Shown piece after piece: positions 26,590 to 37,218 of a stretch of DNA of 64,000 bases. Numbering within the stretch: the first letter of the stretch is position 1; the number at the start of each line of letters is the position of its first letter. Location of the stretch: the NCBI RefSeq assembly GCF_006345805.1, contig NC_043013.1:54622001-54686000 (forward strand). Direction: 5' to 3'. Below the pieces are notes generated by a model, which saw only the letters and a list, made by a program, of their open reading frames with translations, did not search any database and was not told where the DNA came from. This DNA is from Octopus sinensis. Taxonomy: Eukaryota. The position numbers and the translations under genes were made by a program.

Positions 26590-26945
26590 TATCTTTTGTT
26601 TGTTTCAGTCATCGGACGATGGCCATGCTGGAGTACTGCTTTGAAGAATTTTAGTTAAATGAATTGTTCCAGTACTTATTTTATCAGTCTCTTTTGCTGA
26701 ACTGTTAAGTTACGGAGATGTAAACACACCAAGAGGTGGTGGGACAAACACAGACACAAAAAAAAATACACATATATACATATATATGACAGGCTTCCTT
26801 CAGTTTCCGTCGACCAAATCCACTCTTAAAGCTTTGGTTGACTTGGGATTATATAAGAACACACTTTCCCATGATGCCATGCAGTGGAACTGAACTCAGG
26901 ACCATGAGGTTGTGAAACAATCTTCTTACCATTCAGCCACACCTG
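26590..26945 (-). mobile_element. SINE family A (head, microsatellite hinge, 3' module), decayed
   Basis: Reverse complement contains the family A head at about 26780-26945 and the 3' module at about 26590-26750. Confidence 0.75.
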
Positions 26946-27864
26946 CACCCATAGAATAGAAACTTATAAATTTCAGACCCATTTGTAGCCAGTCATAGAG
27001 TTCTTGTGAAACCTTTTGGTCTTGTTACTTTCTTTAAGGAAACCTGACCTTACAGGAAACTATTTGCCAACTTGGCCCAAATAAGTTTATCAATATATAT
27101 ATATTCAAATTCATCTGTCTTTATGTTCTGAGTTCAAATTCCACTAAGATCAGCTTTGCCTTTCATCCTTTTGGGGTTGATATACTAAGTACCGGTTGTG
27201 TACTGGGTAGATCTAATCAACTGGTCCCCTCCCCAAAAATTTTCAGGCCTTGTGCCTTGAGTAGAAAAGAATATATGTATTCAAATTAGACCCACTTTAC
27301 TGTCTAGTGTGTTCATTTTTCTCCTTGGATTATAGACAATATGTATATGTGTGATGTGTGTGTATCTTTCTTCCATATATGTGTGATGTGTGTGTATCTC
27401 TCTTCTATGTGTGTGTGTGTGTATGTATGTAACAGTGGTGCCCCAGCATGAACATAGCTTTAAAGCTGAAACAAGTTAAAGAGTCATATATATTTATCTC
27501 TTTAAGTAAACACACACACACATATATTCATTTTTCTTAAACTAGAATATTATTGACAGTAACTTCGAGATTTTGGCCATTTAAGCCTTTGTCAGACTAA
27601 ATATTCATCTTCACATTCACACCTGCTTACAAAGTTAACATCCCTGTATACATTCTAAACAAAAACATAGCCCCAAAATTAATTAATAAAAATTTCTCCA
27701 AAACACCACTCCATAACAACCCATCCTAAAATCTAATTACCACTCCACTCAAAATACAACACTCAAGGAAGATATTGACTCAAAAGAGACCCTGTAAAGT
27801 CAGATTAATGTAAAATTGTTTCTATTGAAACTGAACGCAAAAAGACAAACATTAACATATGTAT

Positions 27865-28050
27865 ACATCATCATCATCATCATCGTTGTCGCTTAACATC
27901 CGCTTGCCATGCTGGCATGGGTTGGACGGTTTGACTGAGGACTGGCGAACCAAATGGCTGCACCAGATGCAAATCTGATTTGGCATGGTTCCTACAGCTG
28001 GATGCCCTTCCTAATGCTGATCACTTCGAGAGTGGGTGTTTTTTACATGC
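27865..28050 (-). mobile_element. Family C (RTE-type tail) copy
   Basis: (CAT)n, then ccatgctggcatgggttggacggtttgac...cagctggatgcccttcctaatgc. Confidence 0.8.
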
Positions 28051-28068
28051 CACACATATAGAAAATAG

Positions 28069-28344
28069 TACAACACTATGTAAAGCTTCACTAAATATAT
28101 ACTTGCAAAGATATGTGCAGGAACGGATATAGAACTTTTCCATCTTACCTCTAGTAAGAACACCGGATTGATGAAGAACCTACAGTAGATAATTTGGTAC
28201 TCGAGTTTTGGACTTTCCTTATTCGATTTGTCCTCATCAGCTAGATTCACCAAACATGAAATTTTAAAATATTCGTTACATTAATGCATAACCTGTACAT
28301 ATCTTTGCCAGTATATATTCAGTGAAGCTTTACATAGTATTGTA
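28069..28344. mobile_element. 276-bp foldback element with 53-bp terminal inverted repeats enclosing an HHR
   Basis: Arms at 28069-28121 and 28292-28344 match at 49 of 53 positions; both ends are TA followed by CA...TG. Confidence 0.7.
28194..28244 (-). ncRNA. Minimal type I hammerhead motif with G12->A
   Basis: CUAG-CUGAUGA-GGAC[16 nt]GUCC-AAA-AC[UCGA]GU-A-CCAA; stem III is the palindrome ACUCGAGU, the triplet is GUA, and stem I is imperfect. Confidence 0.7.
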
Positions 28345-28500
28345 TTGTTATCGGCTGCTATTCCCAGCAAACATTGGTACCTTGTTGTACCACTAGTAAT
28401 TCTACCTTTATGGTGCTCTACTTAGCTGGAAAATAATACTATTGTATTATATTGCAATAATATTTATAATTTTTATATAATACATACATATATATATATA

Positions 28501-29433
28501 TATATACTCTTTTATTTTATTACTCGTCTCAGTCAGTTGACTGTGGCCATGCTGGAGCACTGCCTTTAGTCAAACAAATCAACCCCAGGAATTATTCTTT
28601 GTAAGCCTAGTACTCATTCTATCAGTCTCTTTTGCTGAACTACTAAGTTATAGGGATGTAAACACACCAACATCAGTTGTCAAGCAATGGTGGGGGTACA
28701 AACAGATACACAAATACATACATACATACATACATATATATATAGTTAATCCAAACATGAAAACACAAGGAGGAAACACAACAACGCGAGGATGTGGAAC
28801 AAATATAGTATTATTGGACGCTCGGGAAGAAAGGGAAGAAGGAGGGTTTAACGTTTTGAGCAGAGCTCTTCGTCAAAAACAGGAAAAGGAAAGCTCCAGA
28901 GAAGGGAAGACAGAGGAAAAAAAAATTACCAATGGTACACACACGGTCACAGGATATTATATATATATATATATATATTATATATACTCTTTTATTTTAT
29001 TACTCGTCTCAGTCAGTTGACTGTGGCCATGCTGGAGCACTGCCTTTAGTCAAACAAATCAACCCCAGGAATTATTCTTTGTAAGCCTAGTACTCATTCT
29101 ATCAGTCTCTTTTGCTGAACTACTAAGTTATAGGGATGTAAACACACCAACATCAGTTGTCAAGCAATGGTGGGGGTACAAACAGATACACAAATACATA
29201 CATACATACATACATATATATATAGTTAATCCAAACATGAAAACACAAGGAGGAAACACAACAACGCGAGGATGTGGAACAAATATAGTATTATTGGACG
29301 CTCGGGAAGAAAGGGAAGAAGGAGGGTTTAACGTTTTGAGCAGAGCTCTTCGTCAAAAACAGGAAAAGGAAAGCTCCAGAGAAGGGAAGACAGAGGAAAA
29401 AAAAATTACCAATGGTACACACACGGTCACAGG

Positions 29434-29458
<25 letters not shown>
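28501..29458. repeat. Perfect 480-bp direct tandem duplication (family A 3' module plus HHR-bearing element)
   Basis: 28501-28978 is identical to 28981-29458 line by line; the two MKTQGG ORFs at 28757 and 29237 are exactly 480 bp apart. Confidence 0.95.
28846..28880 (-). ncRNA. Hammerhead-like motif with C3->U and G12->A (identical copy at 29326-29360)
   Basis: GUUU-UUGACGA-A-GAGC[UCU]GCUC-AAA-AC-GU-U-AAAC; stems I and II pair and the junction is the palindrome AACGUU. Confidence 0.55.
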
Positions 29459-29482
<24 letters not shown>

Positions 29483-29758
29483 GATATTATATATATAAGC
29501 TAATAAGTCTTTAAAAACCTGTGATAAGTCTGTGCATCATCCTCCTCATATCTCTGGAAATTTAAATCTACACTATGGATTAATTCATCTTCTCTTCGAA
29601 ACTAATAAGTTTTTAAAAATCTGTGATAAGACTGTGCATCATCATTAAGGATCTTTGGAAAACTGTTTACAACCTATATCTGCCTTTAATGGAATTATCT
29701 CCAATATTTCATGAGTATAACCTCACCCACTAAGATGTCTAGAGAACTCAAATGTATT

Positions 29759-29845
29759 TTAGCTGATGAGTACGGGACATTTTTATCTGCTGCAATTTTT
29801 GCAACTTGTAATAAAGCCTGTCTTTGTATGAAACAATTGTACTAA
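29759..29845 (+). ncRNA. Type I hammerhead ribozyme with intact core and extended stem II
   Basis: UUAG-CUGAUGA-GUAC[52 nt]GUAU-GAA-AC[AAUU]GU-A-CUAA; stem I UUAG/CUAA, palindromic stem III ACAAUUGU, triplet GUA. Confidence 0.85.
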
Positions 29846-29879
29846 TAACTAATCCATTCTTGTTGCTTCTTTCTTGGAT

Positions 29880-30100
29880 ATTATACATATATATAGTTAA
29901 TCCAAACATGAAAACAAAGAGAAAACACAACAACACGATGATGTGGAACAAGTATAGTGTTATTGGATGCTCAGGAAAGGAAAGAAAGAATGAGGATTTA
30001 AAGTTTCGAGCAGAGCTCTTCATCAGAAACATAGGAAAAGGAAAGATCCAAGGAAATGAAGATGGAGGAAAAAAATCGCCAACGATACACATGTAGTCAC
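29880..30100 (-). mobile_element. Third, diverged copy of the roughly 210-bp HHR-bearing element
   Basis: Aligns with 28745-28955; HHR at 29996-30030 reads GUUU-CUGAUGA-A-GAGC[UCU]GCUC-GAA-AC-UU-U-AAAU. Confidence 0.75.
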
Positions 30101-30164
<64 letters not shown>

Positions 30165-30167
<3 letters not shown>

Positions 30168-30330
30168 TGTACAATGGGCTACTTTCAGTTTCTGTCTACC
30201 AAATCCACTCACAAAGCTTTGGTTGGCCCAAGGCTACAGTAGAAGATACTTGCCCAAGGTGTTACACAGTGAGACTGAACCTGGAACCATGTGGTTGGGA
30301 AGCACGCTTCTTATCACACAGCCACCCCTG
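30165..30330 (-). mobile_element. SINE family A head
   Basis: Reverse complement of ggctgtgtg.taag...ggttcagtc.cactg...ccttgggcaagt.tcttctact.tagcc.tgggcc.accaaagc. Confidence 0.8.
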
Positions 30331-31585
30331 TACCTATATATATATATATATAATATATATATATATAATCCTCATCATTTTAATGTCCCCTTTTTTGTAC
30401 TTGCATAAGTTGGATGGAATTCATTGAGGCAGATTTTCTACAGCTGGATGCCCTTCATGTCACCAACCTTCGCCTGTCTCCAAGGAAAGTAATATTTCCT
30501 CATGGCTAGACATGTTTCCATAGAGGATTAGAAAAGAATGGCACCACTTGTATGATGGTGATGCTCTTTTAGAATCATCACAGAATCTCAAAAGTAGGAG
30601 AGATGAAGCTTCGGTTGGCATCAAGCCTGAAAAATGTCTTTGCATTCCACAGTAAAAGAGAAAGAAAAAGAAAAGAAACAAATTTCTATAAAATCCTACG
30701 AAGCCATTACACCTACTTACAAATATATGTGCACACTATTTATTTGATAATTAGCACACACACACTATCCTGCCATTCTTCTACCGATATAGCTCTCTCT
30801 ATTTCAATTGTCACTGACCATTATTGTTCACTTTCATCTCACCTTTGCAGTTCAAAGTCAAATCACAATCGCAAATTGCTTTCAATATTTTCCTTCTTTT
30901 CTTTTTTCCCTAGTTTACTTTTTCTAACTTCTGTCACATATGTAAATGTTGATGGTTTCATACATTAAAATTTTATCTGAAAGTGAAAGAAATTCTCTAA
31001 TATATTTTCATGAAGATGAATCTCTACCTTTTACCGAAAACCTTTTTTATTGAATAACTATCAACAAATTCTATACTTCCGTCCACATTTTTACATTTAT
31101 GTGGTCATTCAACATGCTAGAAATAGCAGCCCAGATTTACCTCCCTCTTTCTCTCTCTTTCACATACACACACACACAAAGATGTTTAATGCCATTTCTG
31201 TTGACCAATTTCTCTCACAAGGCACTGGCCACTTTAAGGCTGTAGTAGAAGACACATGAGTAAGGTGCTGAGCAACAGGACTGAACTAGAGACCACACAA
31301 ACCATGCACCTATACTTCTATACATAAGGCTTTGATACTCTGCGAAATTCCTCAGTTTTCAAATACTCAATTATCTTTTTAACATAGATAAATCTTCAAA
31401 TTAATCATTTTAAATATTAATTACAATAATATATTTTCTACAGTTAATTAATGGTAAATTACATCACCATCCAATGGTTTATTTATTACAAGAATCAGTT
31501 CCAAGATAATGGCTGTTGTTGCTGTTATTGTTATGGCTGGAAGACAATCAAATACTTTCCCTGTCCATCCATAAACAGTTCTACT

Positions 31586-31618
<33 letters not shown>

Positions 31619-32008
31619 CGCAACATACACACCCAGCAGCTGCTGCTCTTACTCAACTATTAACTGCAATCATGAAAGGTGTGGTACCATACAGTTCACT
31701 TCAAGCGCTACATACCAACAAGACTCTGTTCTTGCTTTTTATTTTGTTGTTTTTATTTCTTTTTTAGATTTGCTTTTATTACCCTTGAGGGGTGGGGATG
31801 GCCCTACCTTAAAATAGTTTTATATATGAAGCAAGGCAAATGAAATATTGTGCTTTAAGTTGGTGGTGATAGGGGTACTATTTACACGGCAACAAACACA
31901 CTTTCATATTCATTGACACACATATACACCTGTGCATGTGTGTTTGTGGTGTACACATATGTGTGTGTTTATATTGTGTATATCTGTATTTATGTACATG
32001 TATGTATA

Positions 32009-32053
<45 letters not shown>

Positions 32054-33207
32054 CAGTATATGTATAGATATATATTATGTATTATTGTGTATATATATAT
32101 TTGTATATGTATATATATGTTTGTATATGTATAGATATATGTTATGTATAGAGGATTTATAAGCACACTGACAAAAATAAACAAAATAACATAATCATTA
32201 TGAGTTTCATATCTGACCATGCAGGTTCTGTGTCTAACATAATGTGTATAAAATAAATATAGCCATCTTCAATTTATACATTTGGACAAACTACACAAAG
32301 CATTTTATCAGAAGCAAAACCACAAAACAGACATGGCAGATTGAATGGTAGTTATGAGTTATATGTATCTGTTGGCTTCTAAGTGAAATAGATTTAAAGC
32401 ACATGGTAAATAATTACTAACTATAGGCGGTGGGGGGAGGGAGGAAAAGAGAGTGGGGGGAGAGAGAGAGAGAGGGTGAGAAGTGTGAGAGGGAAATGAA
32501 AGATTCGTGTATTAACACCATTCTGCCTTCAATATTAACGAAGAAATAGTTGAAGACAACATTTGTGTTGAGTATCCTCGTGAATCTGTTCGGCTTAATT
32601 ATATTCGTTTTATTAAGATTGACAAATGATGTCAAAAGGGATCTATAAATATATTCCTAAAAGCATACTCTATATACTTTGGAGAAAATGTATATTTTTG
32701 GTAAACATTTTCATATGGAAGTTTTTTCTTTTTCTTTTGATTTCTTTTTTCTATATTTTTTTATATACACTTACCTACATTTCTAGAAAGAACTTTGACT
32801 TTACATAAGAAGCAATAATGGAAAAGCAAACCTAGGTTTCGCACTCACCTACTTTCTTCATATACCATTGTCAACACCACCACCACCTTCACCATCATCA
32901 CCACTATCATCATCATCATTATCATGATATTATTTACTCAATATCATGAATATTCCTTAAAAATTTCCATGCTTCCTGGAATTCTCCACTCCTACTCCCA
33001 GGCACCCTTTCCCCCTCTTTATGACTCTTGCACTGTTCACTTTGCCGTGGTTTTGTGCTTTATTCTGTTTACTGCAAACGCACCTTTCGCTTTCGTTGCT
33101 GTTCCTCTTTATTTCACTTACTGCTTCTCTCTCTCTCTCTCTCTCTCTTCCCTCTTTTATCCTTTTTCTAAAAAGTTACAGTGCACTTGAGCACTGCACA
33201 CAATAAA

Positions 33208-33504
33208 CTCATCATCACCATCACCATCACCACCACCACCACCGTCATCACCATCATCACCATCACCACCACCACAATCGTCACCATTACCATCATCATC
33301 ATCGTCACCACCACCATCACCACTACCATCATCATTACCATCAGAGTTACCACCACCACTACCATCATCACCACCAAAACCACCATCACCACTGCCACCA
33401 CCATCACCATCATCGTCACCATCACCACCATCATCCTCACCATCAGAGTTACAACCACCACCACCATCATCGTCACAACCACCACCGCCACCACCATCAT
33501 CATC
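33208..33504. repeat. Degenerate (ACC/ATC)n trinucleotide mosaic, about 300 bp
   Basis: Directly visible; it is the source of the poly-D/G, poly-V/M and poly-T/I ORFs. Confidence 0.95.
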
Positions 33505-34502
33505 TCTATTAATTTCTTGCATTTACTTTTGAACTTGTCTTTCAAGGTCAATGTCCTGAAACTTTATTTTATCCATCACTTCAGCACCATGGCAACATAA
33601 TCAGTCCTAACAGTGTCACACATCACATCAGTTCTGCTGTCATTCTTTTATTTCTATCAGTCACTGGACGGAGGCCATGCTGAGGTGATGCTGGGGCACC
33701 TCCTTCGACAGCTTTTGTTTGTCTCTTAAACCAAACTGTTTACTATTAAATCAGGTGCATATTCTGTCACTCTCTTTCCCCCAAGTTGTGAGGATATCAA
33801 AAAAACTAGTTGTCAAATGGTGCGAACAAACACAAGCACTTAGATGCACACACACACAGTTGTAGAGCACAATTCAAAGTGCACGACATATACCTAATAT
33901 TTAGCTCCAAGGACACATGCACTCAACTAGGAGTGCATTGCAGCTTATAGCAGAAACAGCTGTGAGCTAATGAAGTGTTCATTGCATAATTTCCTGTTTC
34001 TTTCTCATTAATTTCACTTCATGTGTGTGTGTGTGTGTTTTATATATTTGTATGTAATATTGCTGAATCAAATATTTAAGACTATTAGACCTCTGGTTAT
34101 GTAGCTATAAAATTTGTGTACCAATAACAGAGACAGAGTTATGAAAAGGAAACTTTTGAAGTGGGAACCAGTTTTTAAGTCTGGTATTGATGTTTTCTAA
34201 GATGAATAAACTGCAAGAGACTGTCATACCATCTATTTTGGTGCAAGCAAATCACAATATGACCAATATCTTTCAATAAAAGTATGTGTATGTGTGTATG
34301 TGAGTGTGTGTGTTTATGTGTATATATTATCTCTGGCTCTGTCTGTCTGTCTGTCTCTCCCTCTCTCTATCCACAGGTGAACACACTGCTTTTAGAATAG
34401 GTCTACCATGTCCCTGTATGTTAAAGAAACCCTGAAAAGTATTGCTGATCGAAGGGCATCAGGTCAGGCCTTAAAACATTTCCACAAGGAAATCTCATTT
34501 AA

Positions 34503-34723
34503 CACCTTAATGTTCAGATTACTCCGTCAAATGTAATGCATTTTAAAAAATTTAAATTGGTTTGAATCATGCATTATCTCACAGCTTTGAGAATTTGATG
34601 ATGCGGTTGCTTATTTTTAGCATGTTAGAGTAGGTTCGGTATGAAAGGTTAGATGTGGCCAGTTTGAATGTAAAAACATGTAAAATATTTGAACCGGATT
34701 TGGCCAGTTTAAATGCTAAAAGG
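34503..34723. mobile_element. TTAA-flanked MITE (piggyBac-like)
   Basis: TTAA at 34499-34502 and 34724-34727, degenerate cacctta/taaaagg ends; its interior matches the HINE-interrupted copy at about 1848-2423. Confidence 0.65.
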
Positions 34724-35249
34724 TTAACCGATCCCAGAATAACATGATAGTGATGATGTTGATGATCACATCACTGCATACACATACATTTATACACACA
34801 CACACATATCTCACACATATGTATATAAGCAAGCTTCCCATGCACACACATGCATGGCACATGTGTGCATGGAGTTTGTTTTGTAACAAGGAGGTGTTGG
34901 GTTTCTTCCCAAACTGGGGCAAATGTCATTTGTGTCACCCCTTTAAATCACCCCATACATTGGGAATGATATTAGGTTGATGGAAATGGTAGCCCATAAT
35001 GTGGATTGTAGTTGTTGACTCAACTTGACAGTCGTACATTGAGCCATGCTGATTCTGTCAGGGAATTTATTTTGGCTGTGGTTAATGCAATGTATCATCA
35101 TCAGCATCATCATATACGTATATATATATATATATATCTTTTATCATATATATGTGTGTGTGTTTTATGCATGTGTTTATAAATGTATGTCTCTCTCTCA
35201 ATCTATCTATCTATCTATCTAACTATCTATCAGTCTGTCTGTCTAGGTA

Positions 35250-35665
35250 CAAGAGTAGCTGTGTGGTAAGGAGCTTGCTTACCAACCACATGGTTCTGGG
35301 TTCAGTCTAAGTGCATGGTACCTTGGGCAAGTGTCTGCTACTATAGCCTCAGGCTGACTAAATCCTTGTGAAAGGATTTGGTAGACAGAAACTGAAAGAA
35401 GCCTGTTATATATATGTATGTGTGTGTGTGTGTTTATGTTTTTCTCATTTCGACACCACTTTACAAGTGTAAAAGAGTGTTTCCCTCATAAAAGTCGTGT
35501 TATTCATTTTCAGTCTTCCATAAAATATCCTATCCAGTCATGTGGAAAGATCCTCGTTGCATGGAAATAGATGCAGCTTGGCAACAGGAAGCACACCTGA
35601 CCATAGAAAATCTGCACCACCAAAATCTGTCCGGTTCATACAAACACGAGAAAGAGAAGGTTAAA
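35250..35665 (+). mobile_element. SINE with family A head and alternative RTE-type (family C-like) 3' module
   Basis: Head agctgtgtggtaag...gggttcagtc...ccttgggcaagtgtc, (TG)n hinge, then a tail ending ggttaaaatgaagatgataatg. Similar architecture occurs at 58140-58570 and partially at 18990-19245 and 46328-46690. Confidence 0.65.
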
Positions 35666-35734
35666 ATGAAGATGATAATGGCACACACAGAGTTCTCATT
35701 GTCTGTTGAGATATCTTACGCAATCTTAAATAAT

Positions 35735-36120
35735 AGGCACAGGGGTGGCTTTGTGGTAAGTAGCTTGCTTACCAACCACATGGTTCCGGGTTCAGTCCCA
35801 CTGCGTGGTATCTTGGGCAAGTGTCTTCTACTATAGCTTTGGGCCAACCAAAGCCTTGTGAGTGGATTTGGTAGATGGAAACTGAAAGAAGCCCATTGTA
35901 TATGTGTGTATATATATATATATATGTATGTGTGTCCCCCCAACATCGTTTGACAACCGATGGTGGTGTGTTTACATCCCCGTAACTTAACGGTTCGACA
36001 AAAGAGACCGATAGAATAAGTACTAGGCTTACAAAGAATAAGTCCGGGGGTCGCTTTGCTCGACTAAAGGCGGTGCTCCAGCATGGCTGCAGTCAAATGA
36101 CTGAAACAAGTAAAAGAGTA
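35735..36120 (+). mobile_element. SINE family A, full length
   Basis: tRNA-like A box tggctttgtgg and B box ggttcagtccc, CORE-like ttgggcaagtg, (TA/TG)n hinge, and a 3' module ending gactgaaacaagtaaaagagta. Confidence 0.9.
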
Positions 36121-37016
36121 ATAGCACCCTTATTTTTGACGTGTTTCCCACATAGATATGCGAAAAACATATATAATCCTACTGCATGCAAAACAACACT
36201 TTTCCTTCATAAATAATCTACATATATATTCTAGATGTTCAGTAAAATATAAACTTGGAGATGAGCAACCAACACAAGACAAGGTCTAAATTCACACTCA
36301 GTGGCCTAAGAAACTGGACATTATGGCTTTTTATCAAATATATATTTGTATGCTGTTATCATTATTAGTAAGTTGACACCACTAGTAGTGTAGGTTTGAA
36401 TTTAATTTTTCTAATTAAATTAAACAGAGAAGATGGAGTTATGATTCAAAAAACTTCAAAATCATATAAAAACATTTACACTCTATGTATTGAGTACACC
36501 CTCACCTGTTTGTAAAAGCAAATATTCACCAATCAATAAATGTGTGTGTGTGTGTGTGTGTGTATTATGTATGTAGAGGTGTGTTTGTGGATTACTTATA
36601 AAATTATTTGTGCAATTCTTGTAAGCCTTTTGATTTATGCAAATGTCACAATGACTCATAAAAAAAATTTATAGTTATTTGGAATGTTAGTATTACATCC
36701 AGTGTTATTGAGCTAACCAAGTAATCTCTTTGTGAACAGACTAAGATTTATGAGTGATTTAAACTGTTCAGTGAAGTACATGACGAATGTTACACCTCAG
36801 TCTGGTCAGCAGTCATGTATTTGGATGTGTTTGATTATGTGTAGCAGAAGATCTAGGGTATTGCGATGGTGCAGCATGGCATGCAGTTGCAACCTAGATA
36901 TGCAGCATGGAGTTTGTTCAAGAGCGGAGAAATATTTGTGGAAATTAATACCAAAGAAGCAATTTGGTAACATTTCAATCGTTGCATATTAATACAGTTT
37001 CTTCCACAATTATTAA

Positions 37017-37218
37017 TCCTTTGAGCTCAAGTGGCTTATTTTAGGACTGCTAATAATATATAACTAAAACTTAAGTGGCCATTTTAGGGACCACTAATAC
37101 TCTCTGGAGGAAATTTAAGTGGCCAACCAGTTTTAGGACCACTAATGCTCTGTGATTAAAACTTGAGTGACTGGTATGTGTAGGCTAAATGGTATTCATA
37201 AACTCAGAGCTCAAAGGG
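37017..37218. mobile_element. piggyBac-like MITE with an internal tandem array of about 45 bp
   Basis: TTAA|tcctttgagctc...gagctcaaaggg|TTCA (TIRs match at 11/12); aaa.ttaagtggcc...ttt.aggaccactaat is repeated internally. Confidence 0.7.

Noticed and set aside
28757-29020. Repeated MKTQGG ORFs (28757, 29237, and the related ORF at 29824) as a small protein family
   Set aside because: They are antisense to the HHR-bearing element, their ends differ and run into microsatellites, and the frame is not preserved in the homolog at 2945-3110.
32825-32870. Minus-strand AUGAAGA...UGC-GAAAC-CUAG-GUU with a palindromic stem III, overlapping an AG|GTGAGT donor-like site
   Set aside because: C3 is missing, the spacing is wrong and stem I does not form. 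The donor has no convincing upstream exon, since it runs into trinucleotide repeats.
36856-36966. Possible exon GIAMVQHGMQLQPRYAAWSLFKSGEIFVEINTKEAIW
   Set aside because: The acceptor is weak and I recognise no domain; an open frame this short is expected by chance.
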